Positions 51,999 through 64,000 of a DNA stretch of 64,000 bases are shown piece by piece (within the stretch, counting starts at the first letter, position 1; every line of letters begins with the position of its first letter). The notes under the pieces are model-generated. The model was given only the letters and a program-made list of their open reading frames with translations, had not been told where the DNA came from and ran no database searches. The translations under genes were made by a program, and so were the position numbers. Source of the stretch: Paraspadella gotoi (lineage: Eukaryota > Animalia > Chaetognatha); assembly GCA_051294375.1 (NCBI GenBank), contig CM119268.1, positions 18,742,615 to 18,806,614 on the forward strand. The letters are read 5' to 3'.

Positions 51999-54900
51999 NN
52001 NNNNNNNNNNNNNNNNNNNNNNNNNNNNNNNNNNNNNNNNNNNNNNNNNNNNNNNNNNNNNNNNNNNNNNNNNNNNNNNNNNNNNNNNNNNNNNNNNNNN
52101 NNNNNNNNNNNNNNNNNNNNNNNNNNNNNNNNNNNNNNNNNNNNNNNNNNGAGAGAGAGAGGGTAAAAAAATATGCGTAATAAGTAAAGGTCGGGTATTA
52201 TGGGCAATAAACTGCGGATGGAGAAACCCCATAATGGAAAAAAACTGGCTCAGCGAAAAAAGTGAAACAAGAAGAGAAAAAAGTTAGCAAATTGCAAAAT
52301 AAACGGAATAAGAGTAACTAATACAAATACTATAAATAGTAGATGTGAAAGTGGACGAAAAAAAGAAAATCAAGGGAAAAATGGGAGAGTTAAAATGAAG
52401 GAGTAGTGTGAAAGAGTTAATTTTGTATTACCTACGGCAATACCTATTTTTTTAAGTTTAGCCTATAAATTAAAAAAAGTCTCATCAGAATTTTTTTTTA
52501 TAATCAATTGATTAATTAAAAGTTGATGACATAAATTTTGATAAAAGTGAAAACGGGGAGTTCGAATTCTTCGTANNNNNNNNNNNNNNNNNNNNNNNNN
52601 NNNNNNNNNNNNNNNNNNNNNNNNNNNNNNNNNNNNNNNNNNNNNNNNNNNNNNNNNNNNNNNNNNNNNNNNNNNNNNNNNNNNNNNNNNNNNNNNNNNN
52701 NNNNNNNNNNNNNNNNNNNNNNNNNNNNNNNNNNNNNNNNNNNNNNNNNNNNNNNNNNNNNNNNNNNNNNNNNNNNNNNNNNNNNNNNNNNNNNNNNNNN
52801 NNNNNNNNNNNNNNNNNNNNNNNNNNNNNNNNCTTAAGAAAATCTTGAAACATCGTAATGATCCGAGGAATGGTCGTCTCCATTTTCTGCAAACGATGAG
52901 ACTGGAGCCTAAACGTGGACGAATGAGAGAGAGAGAAAGAAAAGATGAAAGGAGAAAAAGAAAGAAAGAAAAAAAATAAAGAAAATTGGAGAGAGGGATA
53001 AAAAGAGGAGAAGGGAAAGTCAAAGGGGTAAAAGTGAAAAGAATATCAGGGCAGGNNNNNNNNNNNNNNNNNNNNNNNATTCTTAGCGCCTCCCGCATCA
53101 ATTTCATTCCGCTTATATTTTAATACGAAATTCTGATCGCCTTTTATTTTAATTGCGACGCGTTTTCTTTTTTAATAAGAAAATTCAGAAATGTAGCTTA
53201 TCCAAAACGCCTGAAGGTTTTATTTTATGCTGCCATTAGGCTATTTCATTTTTACCTAAAAATGTCCTCGGTCCTCCTTTTCTTGATTTTTACTAAATTG
53301 TCCAAATCCGAAATTAATTAATATTTTTATTTAACTCTTTAATTTAATGCTCTCAATCAAAGGGATGGGAGAGAGTCGGTCTCTTCTTCGCCGCAGAGGT
53401 AAACAAACTAACAAAGTAATATTTAATATTAAGACGGAGAGAAAAATAAACTAACAAGTTAACAAAAATAACCAAATAAATAAGTGAATATTAGTAATCA
53501 TGATTCATGAATTCGTTTTTTTTACCCGAGAAATTAACTTATGTTTAAAGCCTGTCACCTTCAAATTAAAAAATGTTTTTCTTATATCTTCCTCAGTGAC
53601 TCATTGTCCCACCAAACAAAACACAAGCTCACTGAGACTCACTTAGAGTTTGTGTTTTGTTGGTTTTTAATTTAATTTTTTTTATTAATTTTTTTTGTCT
53701 GTTTTTAATTTATATTTTTAAAAAACATCTTGAGATAAAAATGACTGTAAATCACTGTGAATTTTGATCAAAATGAAAAGAAAAAGGTTTAATTCTCGCA
53801 ACATTTACATCAAACTGTGTTTCGACTTTAATGTGATTTGAGTTTGACGTGACGTGCGATCAAAAGGCATCGACGTTATTAATTTCGCTTTCAGATCAAA
53901 CCAAATATGGAACATTATTATTCCCTTTCTTAATAAAGAGAGGATCACCATCACAGCAACCACTATCACTTCTTCCACTCTCACTTCCCACCGGTCACAA
54001 CACTATCACTTCTCCTCTCAATCACCACCCCTCCACATACACAACCACTATCACTTCCTCCACTCTCACTCCCACCATCCAAACCCTATCACTTCCTCTC
54101 TCTCGCTCCCACCACTCTCACCATCACAAACACTTATCAATTCTGCACTCTCACTCCCACCATCACACCACTATCACTTCCTCCACTGTCACTCCACCAT
54201 CACAAACATATCACTTCCTCATCTCACTCCCACCACCCCGCGATCGACGAATTGGTCTCTCTCCGTGGGTTCGGGCGAAGGTCAAGGGTCGAAAGAAGAT
54301 GACCCAATAAAATGGCAGTCGAGGCCCATTTTTGGATTCCATGAATGCGGGATCAGTGCAGCTTAAAAGTTTAAATGTTGTTAAACTTTATTAACAGAAA
54401 TAATACGATTGTACGCTTTACATCAATAAAACTACTAACTTTTAAAAAGGCAGGACAGGTCGTGTGACCGAACTGAAGAAAAGAAGTAAAACAATTCGTG
54501 AACCGAATTGGCTAATGTAATAAGCTGAATGTAAGCTGATAAATATAGAGTTGCCTAATGTAATAAATCATAGACTTGGCCGTTGTAATTAAGTGATAGA
54601 GCTCGCGTGTAATTAACTGACAGAGTTTCCCGGATGTAAATCAACTGACAAAGATTACTGATGGAACCGGCTTAAGCAACCCAGACTCTCATTATCTTCG
54701 CCTTCCTTCGGTTTCCTCCCTCCTCGGTTGGGTAAAGAATTTCGTGAAATCGGGCGACGAAGCAAAAGACTCCCTCACCGACCGTTTATGACTCGCGATT
54801 CCCTCCATTTTTGCGACGCATCTCAAAACCATCTGCTCTCATTTAACCTCCATCATCCTGAAAACCGTCTGAACTCCAACCTCCACCCATTTTACCAATT

Positions 54901-55863
54901 CTTTTACTGAGCTAAACCTCCACACATCTCAAAAATAATCTGGTACTGTCACATATTATCCACTATTTTAAATTTATCAATAACTCAGCTCATCTTCGAT
55001 CATTACAGATTCACAGAAACCATCTAAAAATTATTTTCTTCGAAAAGCTGACTTCTTCTCCATCTGAACTATTTGTACTACGCACTAAAATATCCTCATT
55101 TTGTAAACCAATATCTACTAAGGTCACCTCCTCCATCTCAAATCCATATCTCCAGATCTTTCAGATAGCTTACCTCAACCAACTAAAGAACCATCACTGT
55201 ACCATCGGACAATCCCCTAACGCTTAAGGTTTTTCTGGCTGAAACGCTCTGGTTTCATTATTTTTTTTCCCTTTAGGAAATCATTTCTGTCTTCTTTGGA
55301 ACTGAGCAGTGGAGCATCAGCCCTACTCAGGACAGATTTTTAAAAGGTTAAATAAATGCGAGAGAAGCCTCTTCTTTTTGGAAAATATAAAAGAATAACA
55401 TTGGTCTTTAGCTTTTCCCTTTTCTTTTTCCTCTCTTCGCCGTCTCTCTCCCTTTTCTTCTATTTTCTTCTTAAATATTTCCTTTTCTTTTCCCCCCCCC
55501 CCCCCTTCTTCTAGTTGATATTAATTTCTCTATTTTTTTCTCTTTTCATTTATTTTCTTTTATCTTTTCTTTTCTATCTTCTTTGCTTTTTCCTTTCCCT
55601 TTCTTCAAATTTTCTTTTTTTTTCTTCTTTATTTTCTCTTCTTTTCTTTTCTTTTCTTTCTTTTATTTTCTTTTCTTCCTCTTTTTTTATTTTCCGTTCT
55701 TTTCTTATTCTTTCATTTTTTTTTCGTTATTATTTCTTTTCTTCCCTCGCTCTTTAACGTCGAGAATCCTTGAACTTCTCCGAAAGTCGATATAAACCTC
55801 GAGTATCGAACTTAATTGAATCTGAGCAAATCCGGGAATATTCCTTTCTTCAAGTTGTGGAGC

Positions 55864-55947
<84 letters not shown>

Positions 55948-57822
55948 TGGGAATCGAATTCCCCAGTGGGACTGAAAGAAAAGCGAGGGAAGTCTCTTCG
56001 TCAGGAACGCGGTCATCTTCTGCTCGTTTCCGCAACAAAATGAAAGAATGAAAGTTTTAGTTTTGTTTGTTTTTTTTTCCTTTTCCTTAAGTTTTGTTTC
56101 AATCCAATAAATTTAGTTTAACGTTTAAATTCAAACATAATAATGTTTGCTTAAAATTTATGATGCTTGTTGTCTCAACCCCGTAAACTGCTTGTTTTTT
56201 TTTCGGCAAACCTTGTCTTCAATCACCTGAACGATAACAAAAGACAAGGACTCCGAAAAAAATGGAAATTTTTTTTAGGCAAAAGAGTAAAAAAAAAAAA
56301 AAAGAAATAAAAGGGAAAAGGAGAAATGTGAAAAAAGAAAAGAAAAAAAAGGAACAAAAAATTCAGTGAGTCCGAGTCAAACGAAGGAATTGGAAGAGAA
56401 AAAGGGAAGAAAAAGGAAGTATAAATCTTACACTCGCGGCGAAAAAAAAAGAAGACACTAAGGTAGCTTAATAATACACCATTATTTCTTTTTTAATTTT
56501 GAGAAAATATATATTAAAAGTATAGCTTGCTTTAAAGAGCTATCGTCGGTGCAAGAAAATTTGAATTTGTGTTCTGGAAGTAGTATAGAGCAAGAACTCA
56601 AAGTCAGAGTCTCAGAATGGAATGGGAAAAAGTGATTTCTAAAGGTTAGTATTGTTGAATACTTTTTTCTGAACTGACTGTTTATAATATAGAACTAAAA
56701 AAGTGCATAATAGGGTTTGTCAATAAATTTGTATTACTTTTTTAATAAAAATATTTTTGAAATTGCTTACCATAATTGCATTTTTAATAATAAATATTAA
56801 AAACAATCAAATTTTTTCAAAATTATTTTTAAAAAATCAAAACATAATTCTATGATAAAAATAAAAAACACTAATTTATTATAAGTAAGTGTTCTATATT
56901 AGTCTGCTTTAACACGAGTGCCATAAGGATAAAAACTTTGATGTGAAAAACTTTGAAAATTAACCTTGGGTAAGGTTATCACTCAACTGCTTTTTCTTTA
57001 TTTAAAAAAGATTGCTTTTTTATATTTGTTTCCCTACTTATTTTCATTTTCTTTAGGTTGAAAATGGTTGATACCTATCCCTACAGGATATTTTGATGCT
57101 GAATTTGTTCAGCTAATTTCAATAATATATTATATAATAAAGAAAGTCCAGAGACTCTTCTTTGATTAATATTAATTTATTCTTGTCAGATGATTTGTAC
57201 CAATCGACTTTTGACGCTCCTAATAACTTTCGGACGCTTTGATAGATTTTTAATGGGCTGAACCAAATCGCTTTATCTTTAAATAAGGCTTTGTTTTTAT
57301 GTTCTATAATCTCAGTAAAATTTATCCCATCCAATAATAGCTTTTTTCGGTGTGAAAGAAATTTAATAATAATAATAATATAATAATAATAATAATAATA
57401 GTTGTAGATGTTGCGCCGGAATTTTAAAAACTTGTAAATCGATCCAACAAGAAATTTTGATAAATGTGATATGTGATACAATGTGATACAATGTGATTAT
57501 CATGTGATATAATATACGTTTAGAAGTAGATTTAAACGGACCAATAAAAGAAAACAATAGAAAAACCAACCGTAAGACGAAAGTTATTTTAAGGTTTGCC
57601 TCCGCCAGTACAATAGCGGTTTAAGAAATAGAAAGGCACGTAGTAAAGATGAGTCAAGACAGAAAATGGAGACCGATTGTAAAACAAAGATGCAAAAAAG
57701 AGGAAAAGAGGAAAACTCAGCGTAAAGTGGGCATAATAAAAGATTGAAAAAAAAGATGGAAATGAGAGGAAAAAATAGGAAGAAGAAACGACGTTTGCTG
57801 AAGAATAAGAAAGAAGAAGAAG

Positions 57823-57908
<86 letters not shown>

Positions 57909-58381
57909 AAAAAATATGAACAGTAATAAGTAAAGGTCGGTATTATGGGCAATAAACTGACGGATGCGAAACCCCCATATATGGAAAAAAACTGGCTCAA
58001 GCGAAAAAAAGTGAAACAAGAAGAGGAAAAAAGTTAGCAACATTGGCAAAAATAAAACGGAATAAGAGGTAACTAATACAAATACATAAATAGTTAGATG
58101 CCGAAAGTTGACGAAAAAAATGAAAATGCAAGGGGAAAAATGGGAGAGTTAAAATGAAGGATAGTGTGAAAGAGTTAATTTTGCATTACCTACGGCAATA
58201 CTATTATTTTTAAGGTTTAGCCTATAAATTAAAAAAAAGGTTTCTCATCAAATTTTTTTTATAATCCATTGATTAATTAAAAGTTGATGAATAAATTTTG
58301 ATAAAAGTGAAAAAACGGGGAGTTCGAATTCTTCGTAATACATATTTTTTCTTTTTTGATTTCCCATTGTTAAGAATTTTT

Positions 58382-58447
<66 letters not shown>

Positions 58448-60019
58448 CTCTCTTCTCTCTTCATCTCTCTCTCTCTTCCCTTTTCTATCAATCTTAAGAA
58501 AAATCTTGAAAAATCGTAATGATTACGAGGAATGGTCGTCTCCATTTTCTGCAAAACGATGAGACTGGAGCCTAAACGTGGACGAATGAGAGAGAGAGAA
58601 AGAAAAGATAGAAAAGGAGAAAAAGAAGAAAGAAAAAAAATAAAGAAAATTGAGAGAGGGATAAAAAGAGGAGAAGGAAAGTCAAAGGGGTAAAAGTGAA
58701 AAGAATATAGGGCAGGGGCGGATTTAATATTGCAAAGTTTCTAGGGTTCTCCATAACTCCTTTCTATCTACTCTCTCTCACTCTCCTCACTCTCTCTCTC
58801 TCTCTCGAATCTCTCTCTCTCTCTCGTCTCTCTATCTCTCTCTCTCTCTCTTCTCTCTCTCTCGTCTTCTCTCTCCTCTCTCTCTCACACACATCACACA
58901 CTGGGAAAATATTCGTCTTTGGGCGTCGGATCTGAATTCTGAGAATTCTTAGCGCCTCCCGCATCAAATTCATTCGCTTATATTTTAATACGAAAATTCT
59001 GATCGCCTTTTATTTTAATTGGGCGACGCGTTGTAGAAGGCTTCTTTTAATAAGAAATTCAGAAATGTAGCTTATCCAAACGCCTGTCTGGAAGGTTTTA
59101 TTTTATGCTGCATTAGGGCTATTTCATTTTTACCTAAAAATGTCCTCGGTCTCCTTTTCTTGATTTTTTACTAAATGTCCCAAATCCGAAATTAATTAAT
59201 ATTTTTATTTAACTCTTTAATTTAATGTCTCAATCAAAGGATGGGAGAGATCGGTCTCTTCTTTCGCCGCAGAGGTAAACAAACTAACAAAAGTAATATT
59301 TAATATTAAGGACGGAGAGAAAAATAAACTAACAAGTTAAAAAAAATAACCAAATAAATAAGTGAATAATTAGTAATCATGATTCATGAATTCGTTTTTT
59401 TTACCCGAAGAAATTACTTATGTTTAAAATCCTGTCACCTTCAAATTAAAAAATGTTTTTTCTTATATCTTCCCTCAGTGACTCAAATTGTTCCCACAAA
59501 CCAAAACACAGCTCACTGAGACTCACCGTTAGAGTTTGTGTTTTGTTGGTTTTTTAATTTAATTTTTTAATTAATTTTTTTTTGTCTGTTTTTAATTTAT
59601 ATTTTTAAAAAAAACATCTTGAGATAAAAATGACTGAAATCACTGTGAAATTTTTGTCAAAATGAAAGAAAAAGTTTAATTCTAAGCAACATTTACATCA
59701 AACTGTGTGTTGACCTTAATGTGATTTGAGTTTGGGAAACGTGACGTTGCGATCAAGAAGGCATCGACGGTTTATTAATTTCGCTTCAGATCAAACCAAA
59801 ATATGGAACAATTATTATTCCCTTTCTTTATTCTCTCTCTGCTCCTCTCGTTCTCGTCTCTCGGTCTCTCTCTTTCTCTCTCTCTCTCTCTTCTTCTCTC
59901 TCTCCCTCTCTTCCTTCAGTGTCGAAAAAAGTGACGTAAGAATGACGTCAAAATGGCATCAATCCTAATCAAATGAAGGCAAAACCGAAGACCAATAGTG
60001 GACTCGGTTCAAATTCTAG

Positions 60020-60089
<70 letters not shown>

Positions 60090-60161
60090 AATTTTTTTTA
60101 TTATATCTCCAGCCTCGACGTGACGACATACGACTTTAGGTGTGACCCGCGAGACCGAAAG

Positions 60162-60236
<75 letters not shown>

Positions 60237-60322
60237 AAGAGAGAAGAGAGAGAGAGAAAAACAAGTGTCAGACAAAATTAGAATAGGATTGAACATCTAA
60301 TTTAAAATTTGATATTAAGAAA

Positions 60323-60354
<32 letters not shown>

Positions 60355-60844
60355 AGCGAAGGAGAAAGAAGAGGAGAGAGAGAGAGAGAGAGGAGAGAAG
60401 GGNNNNNNNNNNNNNNNNNNNNNNNNNAGAGAGAGAGAGATAGAAAGTGAAAACAACGAAAAATATTAGTTGGAACGTAGGAAGAAACAGTAGAAACTGA
60501 AAGGAAAGGAAATAAGATCAATAATATTTAACCTATAAATAACAACATGGAATAATAATATTTATTTTCATTTAAAAATAACTCTTCTCGATCTCATTTT
60601 GAATTTTATCACCTCGTAAATCGATAAATGATCTTGACCCGTCTTGACCTGATCACCGAATCAACCAGACCCTAGATGATCTGACCCGAAAAGACCTGAC
60701 CCAAATTGACCTGACCCGAATCGACCTGACCCGTGATGGTTCGGCTCTTTCCCAAAATCCTCACGAATTAACATCAGGTTGAGTTTGACCGATTTTTTTT
60801 CTTTTCAATTTTTTTCCCTTTTTTTTTCGTTTCGTTTCGAACTA

Positions 60845-61192
60845 TAAGTCACTTTTAGGTCGGTCTGTCGGTTGGTGGGTTGGACTGTCGGTCTGTAATG
60901 GTATGTCTGTCTGTCGGTCTGTCCCACTTACGTTAAAAATGCACATAATTTTCCTATAGTTTGTTTCTTATTTGTTAAGACAGGAAAAAACCTTAAATTT
61001 AAGGGACTGCTAGCGTCGCCTTCAGAAAATCCTATAACTATAAAGAATAAAAGACGGAATTCCGATTCAGTGTGAGTCATAAATACACATGTTAAGAAAC
61101 TTATTGTAGACATGTAATCATGTCGAGTCATGTCATGTCATGTCACCAGAAATAAACGTGAAAATAAAGTCACTACGGCGCAAGACATTGGA
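60845..61192 (+). mobile_element. Non-autonomous Helentron/DINE-1-like element, second copy (5' palindrome missing)
   Basis: (GTCG/GTCT)n microsatellite followed by a body homologous to the reverse complement of 4465-4700. Confidence 0.55.
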
Positions 61193-62729
61193 TGAACCGT
61201 CTTCTTTTTTTTTCTTTTTATATAAACCTTTAAAGATTTAACCTTTAATCTTTTTAATGGATATTTTCGCCACGAGACTTTTTTTCCCCCAGAGGCGCAG
61301 TTTGTCTCTGTCGACGTCGAGGGCGACTTTTTCTTCTTCCTCCCGGACGTCGTTGTCGTCGTCGTCTTTGTCGTTGTCGTTGTAGTCTTTGTCGTCGTTG
61401 TCGTCGTTGTCGTTATCCTATCCCTAAACAACATGAATCAATTTTTTTTAATAGAATTTTCCTGGATTCTTTGTTGTGGCTTATTTCATTTGTCATTGTC
61501 GTCTTTATAAACGAATAGTTTTCATCATCGTCTTCGTCATCATATATGTCACCATTCTTTTTTTTCTCTTCACCGTCGTCGTCGTCGTTGTCGTTGTCGT
61601 CGTCTAGATCGTCGCTCTCATTAACCTCGAAAGAGAAACTCGAATTATGATAACGACTTTTCTTTTTTTTTTTTTTATTTCAAAGTCGCATTCCATCAAA
61701 AAGTGAGAAACTCTTGAATCGCTCAGTCGATCCGTCAAGTGTGTCCGTGCGTCTGACTAGTGAGAAAAACTAATTATCCAGAGAGAAAAAAAAATATTGT
61801 CTCTATTTATAAATCGACTGACAAAAGTTTTTATTCCTTGTCAAATGTACCGACTTGTAACTTTTTATATAGTTGGCGCCTGGCGTCTGGAAAGATATAA
61901 CTGTTATCTCCGGAATCTCGTACAATATGCAATACGCATTAATGCAATGTCTTTTTATATAAAAAAAGAAACGCTCATAATTTATGGCGAATTCGTTCCA
62001 AGGTGGAAAACTGCTTTTTTTTCCTTTCGTTATGAGTCATTAGCGAGATTACGTTTTTGTGATGCAATGTTAGTGATGTCCTTTTTTATTATCGTCAATT
62101 CTGTAAGTCAAATCGTCGTTATGACAATCATAATTACCTCTATAATTAATATAAAGTTATAAAAATAACATTATCATTAACATTATCGTCATCATTACAT
62201 TAACGTCGTGATAAACTTTGATTATCATCGTCATCGTCATCACTCTCATTATCATCAACAACTCTCAACATTATCATCGTCAAAATGAACATCAGCACCC
62301 GCATTATCATCATCAATTGGATTAGACCATCATCATCAGCACCAACCTCACCATTATCCACTAAGGCGTAGTGAAAGTTACGTACGAAAATTCTAAAGGT
62401 CAATATGAACAACATACCATCAGTGAACATTAATTTGTAAAAAAAAATAATTTATTGTTTTTTAATTTTCGCAGTAGGCTATATTTATATATAGTAGTAC
62501 TATCCTTATAAAATCGAAAAATTTCAAAATAGGCTTTTCTTAATTTGATTGCAGATTTGAATTCCTCGTCAAAAGTTGATAAAAGAAAATATAAATTATT
62601 TTTAAAAATTCTTTATTAAGTGGGTTAAAAATTACAAAAACTATATTTAATATATAAAAAGAGTAATTTTCAGCTTAAAATATATTTTTCTAATTTTTTG
62701 ACCCACTTAATGAAGGATTTTTTTAAAAA

Positions 62730-62978
62730 GGAGGGTAGCCTGTGATACCCGGGGCGCGGGGTATCTCACTAACTGGCGTAGGGGCTGCGGACCCTCAGTG
62801 ACCGCCTCCTGTCACTGGCATGTTTATACCGGCACCGTCACATTTAAGCCAGAACGGGATTACCCAGGATTGAACCCGGGACGCACGATGGAATGAAGAT
62901 GATTTTAGCCTGCTCAGCCATTGAGACAAGGCGGAGGACGGACAGCAGTGAGGCACTTTAAGTCTTGCGTGCCACAAT
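62730..62978 (-). mobile_element. Twister-ribozyme-bearing structured repeat, subfamily A copy 2
   Basis: Near-identical to 625-873 in unrelated flanking sequence, with the same CCACAAT boundary. Confidence 0.75.
62773..62852 (-). ncRNA. Twister ribozyme, P5-type permutation (copy A2)
   Basis: As copy A1 but with fully paired P2 (AUGU/ACAU). Predicted cleavage 62826/62825. Confidence 0.83.
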
Positions 62979-63228
62979 ATTCTTTTTATCAACTTTTTAT
63001 GACGGATCCAAATCTGCAAAAAACTCTTAGAAAAAACTGTTTTGAAATTTTAACATTTATTGGATTAGTACTAGTATAAATATGGCCTACTGCGTAAATT
63101 GTAAAATTTATTATAAATTTTTTTTATACATTAGTATAATGTTGTTCGTTCCTCACTTTTAGAATTTTAATTAAAGTTAAATTTAGAAATTTTACTACGC
63201 CTTATTATCCACCCCACCCCACCTCAAG

Positions 63229-63372
63229 GTCTTCATCTCCGTCCTCCTTGCCTGCGCCGTCCTCATCGTGCTGCTCGGCATCTGCGGCTGCTGCGGGGTC
63301 GGCGCTGAATCATTTTGCCTCATAAAAACCTACATCCTCTTCATGATGCTCATCGTTTTGGCCGAAATCACG
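63229..63372 (+). CDS. Tetraspanin family protein, internal exon (TM2-TM3)
   Basis: AG|...|GTGAGC, 144 nt, phase 0-0; VFISVLLACAVLIVLLGICGCCGVGAESFCLIKTYILFMMLIVLAEIT carries the tetraspanin GxxGCCG..ES.CL..Y.........E pattern. Other exons were not identified. Confidence 0.85.
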
Positions 63373-64000
63373 GTGAGCGTGAATTATGAGGGGCTCGCAG
63401 GGCTCAGGACTGTTCGGGTGTGGGGTCGGGGTGTTTCGGGTCTCGGGACCGCGAGGAGAGTGACTTTTGAGTTCTCGGCACTGCAGGAGGGTTGATTAGA
63501 GGTCTCTGGTCTGCGGGGGATGTGTTATAGAGCTGGAGACTGCAGACTAGTGTGTTATGGGGCTTGGCATTTTATGGAGATTTTTAATGGGTCACGCTAC
63601 TGCGGGGGGAACCGAGTAAAGGTGCTCGAGATTAGCGGGTGGTAAGTTGTGGGTCTCTGGAATATGCGGGTGAGTTTTACGGTGAAGGACTGCGGATTAA
63701 GTTATCTGTGTATTGACTTTTGAGAATAATGTAGCGGTAGTATTTCATACCCCGCTACTCGTCCGAGAATCAGCAGCACCTATGGCGCCGCAGGTAGCAC
63801 GAGCTCCTCCCAACCCAAAGGACTCGTGTTCGTGCCCTGCTGATTCTCACAAGTTAAAGCGGGACGGGGCGTCTCACTTACCTATGTTAACAGACTACAG
63901 CCCGATACGAAGTTCGGGACCTTGTGTGCAACGGACGGTGAACTGCTCGAGGCATCGTCTTCCGCAATAATTTGTTTTAAGTGAGCAACATAAAATGACG

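Overview
Eukaryotic (animal-like), AT-rich and extremely microsatellite-rich draft scaffold with many N gaps, five of them exactly 25 N. Coding content is sparse: one intact three-exon cyclophilin A-type PPIase gene (18886-21516, +), an indel-riddled inverted copy of it (9429-12684, -), and one tetraspanin TM2-TM3 exon (63229-63372, +). Most of 9-22 kb and 30-60 kb consists of large inverted and tandem duplications, probably largely long-read gap-filling or haplotype redundancy, although the copies differ by real-looking insertions. The main signal is non-coding: a dispersed ~250-nt structured repeat carrying a circularly permuted (P5-type) twister ribozyme fold on the minus strand. It occurs in four copies of two divergent subfamilies (668-747 and 62773-62852; 7415-7498 and a degenerate copy at 7892-7962) with compensatory changes in the T1 pseudoknot, P2, P1 and P5. 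Subfamily A also has Pol III A/B-box-like motifs, and subfamily B forms a 476-bp head-to-tail tandem (retrozyme/SINE-like). Separately, a 171-bp insertion flanked by a 14-bp direct repeat carries a minimal type-I hammerhead ribozyme (50824-50865, -), and a 1.6-kb MULE-like insertion has a 9-bp TSD. All folds were read by eye and nothing was searched or computed.
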